Shown here piece by piece: positions 28,593-38,265 of a stretch of DNA of 54,418 bases. Under the pieces are notes generated by a model that searched no databases, had not been told where the DNA came from, and worked only from the letters and a program-made list of their open reading frames with translations. The position numbers and the translations under genes are program-made. The stretch is taken from sequence record DRR723986_14703; one strand, written 5' to 3'. Each line of letters starts with the position of its first letter. Within the stretch, counting starts at the first letter, position 1.

Positions 28593-29485
28593 TTGCTGGA
28601 GGTAACGGTTTTTTAGGATTATCTCTAGCTCGCTATTTTGGCGCAAAGGGATGCGAAATCAAAATCTTGAGTCGTTCTAAAAAGGATGATCAACCTGGAA
28701 TCGCTTTCATTCAATGGGATGGCGAACATTTAGGAGAATGGACGGCTGCAGTCGAATGGGCTGATATCCTCATCAATATGAGTGGAAAAAGTGTTGACTG
28801 TCGCTATAATGAGCAAAATAAAAAACTGATTTACGACTCTCGAATTAACAGTACGCGAATTTTGTGTGAAGCGATATCACTGGCAGAGAACCCTCCAAAA
28901 TTATGGATAAATTCAAGCAGTGCATCCACCTATATTCATTCTGAATCTCAGCAGATGACCGAAGATGAAGGCATTATTGGAGATGACTTTTCAATGAATA
29001 TTTGCAAATCATGGGAAGCTGAGTTTTTTAAGTGCAACCTCAATCAAACACGCCGCGTAGCTACAAGAACTTCAATTGTTTTAGGTAATGATGGAGGCGC
29101 TTATCCCATCATGAAACGATTAGTAAAATTCGGATTGGGAGGTAAACAAGGCAACGGACGACAATTTATCAGTTGGATTCACATCCATGATTTTTGCAGA
29201 GCCATTGAATTCATCATTGATCATCCAGAATTGGTGGGACCTGTAAACGTGACTTCACCACAACCCGTTCAGAACAAAGATTTTATGAAAACCATGCAAA
29301 AACGCTACCGCAAATCAATTGCCATCCCTCAACCTAAATGGATTCTCGAGTTAGGGGCAGCAATGATCGGAACTGAAACAGAAATGGTGTTAAAAAGTCG
29401 AAACGTTATTCCAGAAAGGTTATTGGAAAGTGGATTTGAATTTGACTATAAGGAACTTTCTGCTGCTTTGAAGCACTTAGATTAA
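28565..29485 (+). CDS. TIGR01777 family (YfcH-like) oxidoreductase/epimerase with DUF1731
   Basis: IAGGNGFLG, GKSVDCRY, GNGRQFISWIH, LKSRNVIPERL...GFEF. Confidence 0.9.
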   Translation: MDASTQHILIAGGNGFLGLSLARYFGAKGCEIKILSRSKKDDQPGIAFIQWDGEHLGEWTAAVEWADILINMSGKSVDCRYNEQNKKLIYDSRINSTRILCEAISLAENPPKLWINSSSASTYIHSESQQMTEDEGIIGDDFSMNICKSWEAEFFKCNLNQTRRVATRTSIVLGNDGGAYPIMKRLVKFGLGGKQGNGRQFISWIHIHDFCRAIEFIIDHPELVGPVNVTSPQPVQNKDFMKTMQKRYRKSIAIPQPKWILELGAAMIGTETEMVLKSRNVIPERLLESGFEFDYKELSAALKHLD

Positions 29486-29516
29486 ACCTTGAGATCAGGC
29501 ATCTTGCTTCTAAAAT

Positions 29517-29567
29517 GTTCTCGATACGATACTGATCTCGGCTGAGCCGAGACCGTATCACTCGAAC
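29517..29567. repeat. REP-like palindromic element with inner hairpin
   Basis: GTTCTCGATACGATAC...TCTCGGC-TGA-GCCGAGA...GTATCACTCGAAC. Confidence 0.65.
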
Positions 29568-29633
29568 AAACTTAGGATCATTCTATAATTGAATTCCGAT
29601 TACGCAAACCGTCCTTTGTCAATGAATCAGATA

Positions 29634-29677
29634 CACTTCGACTTCCACCTCGACTACGCTCGGTGCAGGGCTCAGTG
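29634..29677. repeat. Nested REP-like element (one copy inside the loop of another)
   Basis: Outer CACTTCGACT...GCTCAGTG; inner CACCTCGACTACGCTCGGTG at 29646-29665. Confidence 0.65.
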
Positions 29678-29708
29678 TTGATGATGTTATTCCGTTCTAG
29701 TTCATTCG

Positions 29709-31442
29709 TCAAAGACGAATTCCTATAACGCAAACATCATCAATCTGTTCCATGCCACCCTTCCATGACTCAAAAGCATGATCAATGGCCGAAGCCTGAT
29801 CTTTAGGACTGCGATCAGAATTTTTTACCAAGAGCTCTTTAAATCGCTTGTACATGAATTTTTTCTTCTTGTCACCCCCAAATTGATCAGGGAATCCATC
29901 TGTAAAGAGATAAATGCAGTCGTCTTTTTGAATTTCTATAGTGTGATTTGTGAATGCGGCCTCTTTGTAAAACCTGGCCACTGGTTGTTTGTCTGCTTTC
30001 ACCTCAATCAATTCTCCCTTTCTAATAAGATACAATGAATTGTTTGCACCTGCATATTCTATCTGCCCGGAGGTCTTATCCACTTTACACAACGCGATAT
30101 CCATCCCATCATACAAAACATGATTCCCCTCTTCAAAGGTTTCTATCACAATTTCGCGACATTTTCCTAAAATTTCAGATGGTTTTCTAAGCCCGAATTC
30201 CTTTACTGACCTGTTTAAAGCGGCTGAACAAGCAACACTTACCATTGCTCCTGGCACACCATGACCAGTACAATCTGCAACTGCTATAAAAACATGTTCG
30301 GGCGTATCAATCATCCAATAAAAATCACCGGCAACGATATCTTTCGGCTTGTAATAAATGAAAGAATTAGGAAAGGCTGAAGCAATTTTTTTGTCATCAG
30401 GCATGATGGCGCTTTGAATTCGCTTAGCATAAGTAATACTTGCCGTTATTTCAATGTTTTTAACGTCCGATTCATTTTTTGCCGCTCGTAATGCCGTTTT
30501 ATACGCGTTGTTCTTTTTGACATAAATGTAGACCACATACCCGGCTAAAATCAGTAAAACACAAGAAAAAATACAAAACAAGATAATATGCATTTTTGTG
30601 GATGATCGTTGCTCTTCAGCATAGGCAATTTTATCATCACGATCTTTCTTGTCAGCTAATTCTAAAGAAGCCACTAAAGTGGTGATCTCATCCATAATTA
30701 ACTTGTCCTCTTGAATCAATTCGAGTTCTTTCATCTTTAACTCAACTTCAAACTCCGTTTCTTTCTTTCTTAACTCTTCTAATTCCTTATCAATTTTTGT
30801 GAAGGATTCATCCATTACACTCTCTACATCTTCTAATCCCAGTGTATCTGCTGATGCCAGTTCAGCCTCCTCTTTTTCTTTTTTCTTTTTTCTATTACCA
30901 AACAGGCGTTTAAAGAATTTCTCTTTATCCTCAGTCTCATTAACAGCTGTGGTTTCAGTTGGATTAGCCGTATTTTCAGCCGTAGAACCGTCATTGACAC
31001 TTCCCACTTTTTCTAAAACTTTATTAAGAATAAGATCTGCAGACCGTTGACTTTGCACCAAAAGCAATTCATCTAAAACCACAAATTTGGCATTCACTAA
31101 TGAATCTATTTTTGGTAGGCCCTTATCCAATTCAGTTCCAGGCTCAACCAATTCTCCTAACTCAAGAATTTTTTTATTCACCTCATTGATCTGGAAGTTA
31201 TAATCATCCAAATAATTTCCATCTTTGGTTAAACCATAGGATTTTACAGAATTTTCGGCATCCGAAATATCCACCATCATGCCTTTTAACAACACCACGT
31301 TTTCATCTAACTGAGAATCTTCACTTACTTTATCAACGATTGATTGAAGTGAATTATTGACGAAGAAACTAATAGAAACAACAGCAAATAGCACCGCAAA
31401 GAGGATGACTAATACTTTTTTTTCAAAAGCAACTTTCTTCAT
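29709..31442 (-). CDS. Membrane SpoIIE/PP2C-family phosphatase with CHASE3-like periplasmic domain
   Basis: TM, DAENSVKSYGLTKDGNYLDDY, TM, GDFYW, DCTGHGVPGA, FTDG, QIDD. Confidence 0.9.
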   Translation of the reverse strand: MKKVAFEKKVLVILFAVLFAVVSISFFVNNSLQSIVDKVSEDSQLDENVVLLKGMMVDISDAENSVKSYGLTKDGNYLDDYNFQINEVNKKILELGELVEPGTELDKGLPKIDSLVNAKFVVLDELLLVQSQRSADLILNKVLEKVGSVNDGSTAENTANPTETTAVNETEDKEKFFKRLFGNRKKKKEKEEAELASADTLGLEDVESVMDESFTKIDKELEELRKKETEFEVELKMKELELIQEDKLIMDEITTLVASLELADKKDRDDKIAYAEEQRSSTKMHIILFCIFSCVLLILAGYVVYIYVKKNNAYKTALRAAKNESDVKNIEITASITYAKRIQSAIMPDDKKIASAFPNSFIYYKPKDIVAGDFYWMIDTPEHVFIAVADCTGHGVPGAMVSVACSAALNRSVKEFGLRKPSEILGKCREIVIETFEEGNHVLYDGMDIALCKVDKTSGQIEYAGANNSLYLIRKGELIEVKADKQPVARFYKEAAFTNHTIEIQKDDCIYLFTDGFPDQFGGDKKKKFMYKRFKELLVKNSDRSPKDQASAIDHAFESWKGGMEQIDDVCVIGIRL

Positions 31443-31644
31443 TTCTTAATTATTCTGAATCAATTAGTTAAACAGCAGCGAATGCAAAGAATCGCCACAC
31501 AAAATTAGCCACAAAAAGCCAGAGTTCAGAATGTAAATCAAAGAACTTATCAGCATCTTATCAAGACCCTTAGCACGAGAATTTCTTTTTTTTTTCACTT
31601 TTCGAATAAATTTTATATTTTTAATTCGAACTATATGCATAAAC

Positions 31645-31890
31645 ATGTTTGACGGAAAAGTTGATTATCAGGGTAATCCGAGTTTTAAAGTCGGGAAATA
31701 CAACCAATGGTATGAAGATGGATTCTTCTATTATGACGGTAAATACTACCTCTACTCTGACGATCGTCATGAGCAAATTTATCATTCTGAAGTAATTGCT
31801 GAAAGCAGAGCTGAATTTGAAGAATATTGTGAAGACGGATCTACTGATATCCCAGATTCTTTTTGGGAGGCAGTTAACGCCCTAGAATAA
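31645..31890 (+). CDS. Small acidic, aromatic-rich hypothetical protein
   Basis: 81-aa ORF with A-rich start context; 3' end overlaps the convergent gene. Confidence 0.65.
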   Translation: MFDGKVDYQGNPSFKVGKYNQWYEDGFFYYDGKYYLYSDDRHEQIYHSEVIAESRAEFEEYCEDGSTDIPDSFWEAVNALE

Positions 31891-33076
31891 TTTTTTGAGA
31901 TTGAAAACGATCATTGACCCTTAACTTCAAAATATATGCTCCAGAAGTTAAGTGGTTTAAATCATGGTATTGTTCAGTGCCTTGGTATTGCATCACCTCT
32001 TGTCCTAAACTATTGTAGATAAAAAAGCTTGTATTAGACCCTTTTGAATTGATTTGCAATGTTTTCGCATCACCATCCACCTTTACTTCAATTTCAGAAG
32101 CATTTAATTCTTGATTTGAGGCGGTTTCATCCAAAACTACCGTCATCACAACCGGTAGATGATCACTCACCCTGTACAAGGCATTGGCCACCGAATCAGG
32201 AACTGAAAAATTCGTAGGAGAATTAATTTCTTGATTGTATCGATTACCGTCCTGACCTAAAGCCTCATAACTATTCGATAAATACTGCACCCCGTTGTCG
32301 TTATTTAGCACATCTTCAGAAACAAAAATCAAATCAAAGCGGTCATCCATTCCGCCGCCTGAGCCTCCTCCGTAACCTCCTCCAGTTCGCGTACTTTGCG
32401 TGTGTACATCTGCAAAAGCGCTATTGCTCGACCAGTTTCCATCAACATTTATTGGGTCAAACATAGGGACGTCACCTGTATTTTTAAGCGTCAACACAGC
32501 AGATTCAAAACCTGAATAAACATTCATATCTCCACCAATAAAGACATTCTCAACCGTGGCACTGATTGAATTCAAATAGAATTTTGCCTGCTGAATTTCG
32601 GTATTGCGTTGCTGATAATCTGCCGATCCAGCTTTGAGGTGACACACAAAAAAGTAGCAATAAATGGTGTCACTTTGAGCAGATAAATTAGGCGCTTTAT
32701 AATACATTCTGTATACCGAAATATCTCTCAACACCGTACCAATTTGCTCTTGACTTACTAAGCCCAATTTTTCGGTGTTATAAATTAACATGTTATCCGT
32801 AAATGGACCGTCTAGATAAGTTGCTCGCGCATAGTTGGTTTTACCGTAAACATTAAAAGCATTGTTCAAAATCAAATCAGCCCCAGCAGCAGATTCTAAT
32901 TCGCAAATGGCATATACATCTGGGTTAACATAGGAAACAATATTTCGTAAACTATCGGCCCTGTCTGGTGTGGTACCCGGAAAATTCAGCATGTTATGAT
33001 ACATGATTCTTAACGAATCCTGAGCCAACATTGAACTGGATGCAAGAACTAGAAATATGAGCAAGAGTTGTTTCAC
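31874..33076 (-). CDS. Endonuclease/exonuclease/phosphatase (EEP) protein with T9SS C-terminal domain
   Basis: MYHNMLN, HLKAG, GDMN, DDRFD, SDHLPV; IYNSLGQ...GAYILK CTD; GTG at 33076 or TTG at 33079. Confidence 0.9.
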   Translation of the reverse strand: MKQLLLIFLVLASSSMLAQDSLRIMYHNMLNFPGTTPDRADSLRNIVSYVNPDVYAICELESAAGADLILNNAFNVYGKTNYARATYLDGPFTDNMLIYNTEKLGLVSQEQIGTVLRDISVYRMYYKAPNLSAQSDTIYCYFFVCHLKAGSADYQQRNTEIQQAKFYLNSISATVENVFIGGDMNVYSGFESAVLTLKNTGDVPMFDPINVDGNWSSNSAFADVHTQSTRTGGGYGGGSGGGMDDRFDLIFVSEDVLNNDNGVQYLSNSYEALGQDGNRYNQEINSPTNFSVPDSVANALYRVSDHLPVVMTVVLDETASNQELNASEIEVKVDGDAKTLQINSKGSNTSFFIYNSLGQEVMQYQGTEQYHDLNHLTSGAYILKLRVNDRFQSQKIILGR

Positions 33077-33296
33077 CAAACAAAGATAAGTGAAAGTAGA
33101 ACGTGTTTTACAGCTTTTTGTTTTTAACGGTTAACGACAAAGAAGGCACAAAGCGCTCAGAGGACTGCAGCTTCAATTCAATGCAAGAGTAATTGGTGGT
33201 TAAATTGAGTGCTTAATTCACCCTACTATCAATGACAACAAGACAATCCACAGATTTCTCTTATATTTGTTGCAACATAAATTCAGCATTTAACCC

Positions 33297-35429
33297 ATGA
33301 ACAAACTCATTCCATTCATTTTTCTTCTCTTCATTTATATAGGGATTGGTTTTGGACAACAGTCAAAATTTGACAATTTTACCCGCTTAGAATCAAAGGG
33401 TGATATCCCAGAAGACTTCATCAAATTGGCCAGTTTAGAGGCCGAAGAAGACCTAAAAGCAAACCGAACAGAAGGTTTAGACGAAGATTTCTTTTTAAAA
33501 ACACGATTTGAAATTAAGAACCTACTTTTAAGTGGTCAGGTCTTGTTTAATGATGACCTCACGAAGTATGTTAACAAGGTCGCCAAAAGTATATTAAGAA
33601 CTGAAAAAGAACTCAAAAAAGAACTTCGATTTTATGTCTTAAAAAGTGATTATGTCAATGCCTTGTCAACGGATCAAGGAATCATTTTTGTCACCTCTGG
33701 CCTTATTGCTCAATTAGAAAACGAGGCGCAATTGGCATTTATCCTTGCTCATGAAATAGCTCATTTCAAAGAGGAGCATCTACGTGAAAGCTATATAGAT
33801 ACAGAGTACATCCGAAGTCGTAGAGGAGATAATTACAATTTATCTAAATCTGAAATCATTGAAAAATTGAGCACTCACAGTAAAGAAACTGAACTAGAGG
33901 CTGATGAGAAAGGTATCGAATTGTATCTAAAATCAAATTATTTAGTAGATGAGATATTGTCAACATTTGATGTATTACTCTACTCTTATTTGCCATTTGA
34001 TGATATTATAGTGGATACTAACATGTTCAACACTGAAAACTTCGTTATTCCTTCAGGGTTCTTTCCAGACAGTATATTGCCAATCACTAAAAGTGAGGAT
34101 TATGACGATCGTAACAGCACGCATCCCAACATTAAAAAAAGAACAGATGCGGCCTTCGATTATTTAGAATTGAACAGTAAAAAAGTAAGAGCAACTGCCG
34201 ATAAAAAGTATCAGGTGGTTAGCCAAGAGGAATTTGAAGAATTAAGGAATCTTGCACGATTCGAAAACATCAACATTAAAATTGCAAACAGAGATTATAT
34301 CGAGTCCATGTACTTGATTTATTTATTGCAAAGAGATTTTCCGGACAATTATTTCTTAGAGCTATCCATGGTGAAGTCATTGTATGGCTTAGCCTGCTAT
34401 AAAAACAACAGAAAATACCGCCGAGTAACACCAAAGCTTAGAAACATTGAAGGAGAAAGCTACAAGTTGCACAGCTTATTTGACAACTTAAGCCCTAGAC
34501 AATTGGCTGTAATGGCGTACCGTTATGCTTATGATTTAAGAGTAAAATATCCAAACAAGCCTGAAGCAAAAAACTATGAGAAAGGGGCAAAAAAGAATTT
34601 AGCTTTAACCAAGGACATTGAATTCGATAGATTCTCATCTGTCACAACTAAAGAAATAGCCGATACGAATCGCGTTGTATTAACGGAAGAAGAGATTGAA
34701 GATTCTATTAAAAAAATTGATGAATCTGGATTGTCGAAATACCAAAAAATTAGATTAAAGAAAGAGTTAAACTCTCTGTCAAATAGTTCAGGGCTTAGCA
34801 TTGCGGAAAACGAATTTGAGTATGAATGCTTAGCAGATGTGGTATCTAGTTCTGATTTAGTATCAGATTTAAGCCGAATTCGAGCGTCAAAGGATGAAGA
34901 AGTTGAAATCACTGATAATGCCATTTCAAAAGTCATCATTATCGAACCATATCTAACTTTTCATAAGCGTTCAAGCAATGTCGATTATTTAAAAACAGAA
35001 AAGAAAGCTAATGTCGTCAACTACAGTATGTCAAGGGATTTTAAAGGGCTCGATTTAGAAAGTATCTTTTTAGGAAACGTTCTTACAAACTCTGATTTAG
35101 CAGAACGTTACAATGAGATGGGATTAATCAACTCATGGGCAGAAGAAAGCTTTAGCCATGAAAATCTAGACATTATTAATTCAAATGCCGAAGCTATGAA
35201 AAAAGTAGGCAGTCATCACGGCACAAATAAGCTATTAATATCAGCTGTTACCATTGACGATTATAAATTGAAAAGGATTGAATTTACAGGTGTTGTTTTG
35301 GATTTAGAAACAGGTCAAATTACCAAAACCATTAATAAACGAATGAAACTGACTGGTAGAAATAAAAATCTTGAGTTTTTGGTGTATTACGCCAAAAAGC
35401 AAATCTCAATTAATACGATCGAACAATGA
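33297..35429 (+). CDS. M48 family metallopeptidase with long C-terminal extension
   Basis: Signal peptide; VNA, ENEAQLAFILAHEIAH, ELEAD, STHP. Confidence 0.9.
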   Translation: MNKLIPFIFLLFIYIGIGFGQQSKFDNFTRLESKGDIPEDFIKLASLEAEEDLKANRTEGLDEDFFLKTRFEIKNLLLSGQVLFNDDLTKYVNKVAKSILRTEKELKKELRFYVLKSDYVNALSTDQGIIFVTSGLIAQLENEAQLAFILAHEIAHFKEEHLRESYIDTEYIRSRRGDNYNLSKSEIIEKLSTHSKETELEADEKGIELYLKSNYLVDEILSTFDVLLYSYLPFDDIIVDTNMFNTENFVIPSGFFPDSILPITKSEDYDDRNSTHPNIKKRTDAAFDYLELNSKKVRATADKKYQVVSQEEFEELRNLARFENINIKIANRDYIESMYLIYLLQRDFPDNYFLELSMVKSLYGLACYKNNRKYRRVTPKLRNIEGESYKLHSLFDNLSPRQLAVMAYRYAYDLRVKYPNKPEAKNYEKGAKKNLALTKDIEFDRFSSVTTKEIADTNRVVLTEEEIEDSIKKIDESGLSKYQKIRLKKELNSLSNSSGLSIAENEFEYECLADVVSSSDLVSDLSRIRASKDEEVEITDNAISKVIIIEPYLTFHKRSSNVDYLKTEKKANVVNYSMSRDFKGLDLESIFLGNVLTNSDLAERYNEMGLINSWAEESFSHENLDIINSNAEAMKKVGSHHGTNKLLISAVTIDDYKLKRIEFTGVVLDLETGQITKTINKRMKLTGRNKNLEFLVYYAKKQISINTIEQ

Positions 35430-36229
35430 AAAAACTAGTATTACTTATCGCGATTTTATCAGTAGGATTTGTCAATGCTCAAACGGGATACTTTGGGTCA
35501 AAAAACATTATCAGCCTAAATTATATTGGAGCACCGGCTTTCGCCACGACTTGGAAAACCAGCAATTTTACTAGTCTGAACGACTATGAATTAAAATCGG
35601 GTTTTAAAATTCAAAGTCCTTCTTATCGCCTAACTTTTGATCACATTCTAAACGATAAAATTTCTATTGGTCTCGGCTATACATTTAGCAATGTTAGGGT
35701 AAGAACCACGAATTACTTTTATTTAGATTCATTGGGAGGATTCGACAGCAGGTCTATTTCCAATATTCATATGTTCAATCACTCTGCAAGCCTTAATATC
35801 AAAGTGGCTCGGGGAGGTTGTATTAATCCGGTTGGAAAATATTGGGGGGCAGAAATTGTATTTGGTCGTGCGAGCTATCGCGACAATCCTTTATTGCCTA
35901 ATTTTGATCCTCCGGGGATGAATTCGTTATTTATTAATGGATTTATAGGAAGAACTTTTGCCTTGACAAACTCACTATTTCTATCACTTGAAGGACGAAT
36001 TAATGTATTAGGGTTTACTTCAAACGGTCGATACATTGGTTCAAATGTTTGGGCGTTAGCTGAAGATTATGCAACTGATATTTTACTTTACAGCTTCCCT
36101 AACACCGGTAATCAGGAGGTTTATTCTGATAATCAAGGACAGGACAGAAACAATACACGAAGATTGAGTCGTGCGCTTTTTGAATACAACTATATCGCAT
36201 TCAAAGTTGGGGTGCATTATGCTTTTTAA
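35426..36229 (+). CDS. Putative outer-membrane beta-barrel protein
   Basis: Signal peptide, amphipathic strands, C-terminal FKVGVHYAF beta-signal; ATGA overlap. Confidence 0.75.
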   Translation: MKKLVLLIAILSVGFVNAQTGYFGSKNIISLNYIGAPAFATTWKTSNFTSLNDYELKSGFKIQSPSYRLTFDHILNDKISIGLGYTFSNVRVRTTNYFYLDSLGGFDSRSISNIHMFNHSASLNIKVARGGCINPVGKYWGAEIVFGRASYRDNPLLPNFDPPGMNSLFINGFIGRTFALTNSLFLSLEGRINVLGFTSNGRYIGSNVWALAEDYATDILLYSFPNTGNQEVYSDNQGQDRNNTRRLSRALFEYNYIAFKVGVHYAF

Positions 36230-36273
36230 GTCCTGTCTGGCGGAGAGTTGATAAGACTATATTCAATAGTGAT

Positions 36274-37116
36274 TTGAAAAAAGACACAAATTTATTTCCA
36301 TTACTGGTTTTACTGGCGATACTTATTTTAATGGTTGCTCAAGGTGCTCCATTACTATTCTCAATTTTATTCTGTGCAGTAATCGCACTTTTACATTTTG
36401 TTGGTAATCGATTCATTAAAGCAATTCCAGCCAATCGCAGTAAGAAAAAATATGGCTTCATTGCCAATGAAACCCTATTCAATAATTCTATTTTAGTGCT
36501 GATTGCAGCTGTTGTTCGTTCTGATTCTAAAGTAAGTGACAAGGAATTATTATACATCAATAAATCATTGAGTATTCATTTTGCTCAAGATGATGTTAAA
36601 GCCAAATTAGCACAAGTTAAATCACTCTGTGAGCGTGAAAGCTTTGAAATTGATTCAATTTGTGAAGTCATCAGAAGTAACTTTCACTTCAACGAAAAAA
36701 TTCAACTTCTTCATTTTTTAATCGGAATAGTAGCTTCAGACGGGCTGTTAACCAAAGAAGAGCGAAAGAAAATTGTATCTATCTCTCGAAAAATTAAAAT
36801 TCCTCTTCACTCTTTAGAAGGAATTTTTAGAATGTTTGATTTCATTACTGAAGAACAGGTCAATCAACGTCAGAAACAACGGCAGCAAAAAAATAAAACA
36901 AGTAGTTTTCATTTGAATGGTGCCTATAAAGTTTTAGGTCTTCATTTAAATGCAACAGAAAAAGAGATTAAGAAAGCATATCGTAGTTTGGCTAAGCTTC
37001 ATCACCCGGATAAATTGGTTCATTTAGGAACAGCTCATCAGCAATCAGCTAAGGAAAAATTTCAAGTTATTTCTGACGCCTACGAATTAATCAAAACTAA
37101 AAAAGGCTTCAATTAA
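36274..37116 (+). CDS. DjlA-like co-chaperone (TM + TerB-like + DnaJ domain)
   Basis: AAVVRSDSKV..E, ASDG, C-terminal J domain with HPD. Confidence 0.88.
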   Translation: MKKDTNLFPLLVLLAILILMVAQGAPLLFSILFCAVIALLHFVGNRFIKAIPANRSKKKYGFIANETLFNNSILVLIAAVVRSDSKVSDKELLYINKSLSIHFAQDDVKAKLAQVKSLCERESFEIDSICEVIRSNFHFNEKIQLLHFLIGIVASDGLLTKEERKKIVSISRKIKIPLHSLEGIFRMFDFITEEQVNQRQKQRQQKNKTSSFHLNGAYKVLGLHLNATEKEIKKAYRSLAKLHHPDKLVHLGTAHQQSAKEKFQVISDAYELIKTKKGFN

Positions 37117-37523
37117 GTATTATTTGATGACTCATTTTGCCTGTTTAATAACTTGAACAGTGTAAAATACACCAAAGCCAAACCAGCAATACTTGCTGTC
37201 GCGAACCACATAGGATGAGCAATCATCAACAAATTCATTATTGACATTAAAATGAAGATGAGGCAGAAAATATGCAGTGGTTTGGACTCTTTCGCCATTT
37301 TTATTACAACCAATCCTCCTGCTAATAAGCCTAGTAATTGTCCTACTATTACCGCAATCAATGCTCCGCTAGGAATCACTTTCATATAAGCCGCTACTTG
37401 ATCTTGATCAGTAAAATCAAGTCCTTCAGGTAAAGGATAAATTTTATGCGAAAGGATATCGCCTACTATAACAACAACTACAGCTACAGCAATTCCCGCC
37501 AAAACAGCCCACAACTTTTTCAT
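37113..37523 (-). CDS. Hypothetical membrane protein
   Basis: MKKLWAV start; YPLPEG and HPMWF motifs; 4 TM helices. Confidence 0.8.
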   Translation of the reverse strand: MKKLWAVLAGIAVAVVVVIVGDILSHKIYPLPEGLDFTDQDQVAAYMKVIPSGALIAVIVGQLLGLLAGGLVVIKMAKESKPLHIFCLIFILMSIMNLLMIAHPMWFATASIAGLALVYFTLFKLLNRQNESSNNT

Positions 37524-37588
37524 AACCAATTTTGGATTAAAGATACTTCGAATTGTAATAATCAGGCATGCTAAACGTATTATAGAAG

Positions 37589-38260
37589 ATGATTTACCTG
37601 AAAACAATCGCTATTGCCAGCTTGATGATGTCTTTGAATTTTGGAAGTGCTCAAACGCTCAATTATTCACCTGGACAATCAATCAATAAAACAGTAAGTC
37701 AATCTTATTACGATTCTGACTTTATTTATTTCACCAACATCAGCGATAAAGCTATTGAAATTGAATTTAGTTTGCTTGACAATAGCTTTGCCAATGAATG
37801 GAGCGCTTCGTTTTGCACCAATTTAACTTGCTACAATAAAATTCCGAAAGCAGGTTCACTTGGCACTTTATCTCCTGGCGAGCAAGGCTACTTTTTATTC
37901 AATTTAGCAGCGAACGAAACTACGGGTAATGGTGAAGTGCGAATACTCATTACAAGCGAACAAGACGCATCATTATCTGACACAGTGAGGTTTAACTATA
38001 CTGTTACCGAGGACGGGACAATTGAAGCAGGGCCTTGGGCGAAAGTGAATTTTGACCAAGGCATTTTCACGGTTTTATTGGCCCAAATTAATATTGAAAC
38101 TAGTTTAATTATCTCCAATTTAGAAGGTAAGATAATTTACAATGAAACACTTTCTGCCATTACTTCTGTGCCGTTGAGAGACCACCCCAAAGGGGTTTAT
38201 ATCTTTAAAATTGAAGATGCAAGCGGTAGGGTTTTAAAAGATAGGGTCTTGAATTTTTGA
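37589..38260 (+). CDS. Secreted Ig-like protein with T9SS C-terminal domain
   Basis: Signal peptide; W..SFC...CY motif; ISNLEGKII...KGVYIFKI. Confidence 0.78.
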   Translation: MIYLKTIAIASLMMSLNFGSAQTLNYSPGQSINKTVSQSYYDSDFIYFTNISDKAIEIEFSLLDNSFANEWSASFCTNLTCYNKIPKAGSLGTLSPGEQGYFLFNLAANETTGNGEVRILITSEQDASLSDTVRFNYTVTEDGTIEAGPWAKVNFDQGIFTVLLAQINIETSLIISNLEGKIIYNETLSAITSVPLRDHPKGVYIFKIEDASGRVLKDRVLNF

Positions 38261-38265
38261 TTTAT

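Noticed and set aside
19690..30430. Similarity between the two SpoIIE domains as DGR template/variable repeats
   Set aside because: Ordinary protein-level paralogy; no reverse transcriptase and no adenine-specific pattern seen
31464..31646. 60-aa minus-strand ORF
   Set aside because: Low-complexity AT-rich divergent promoter region; no protein-like features
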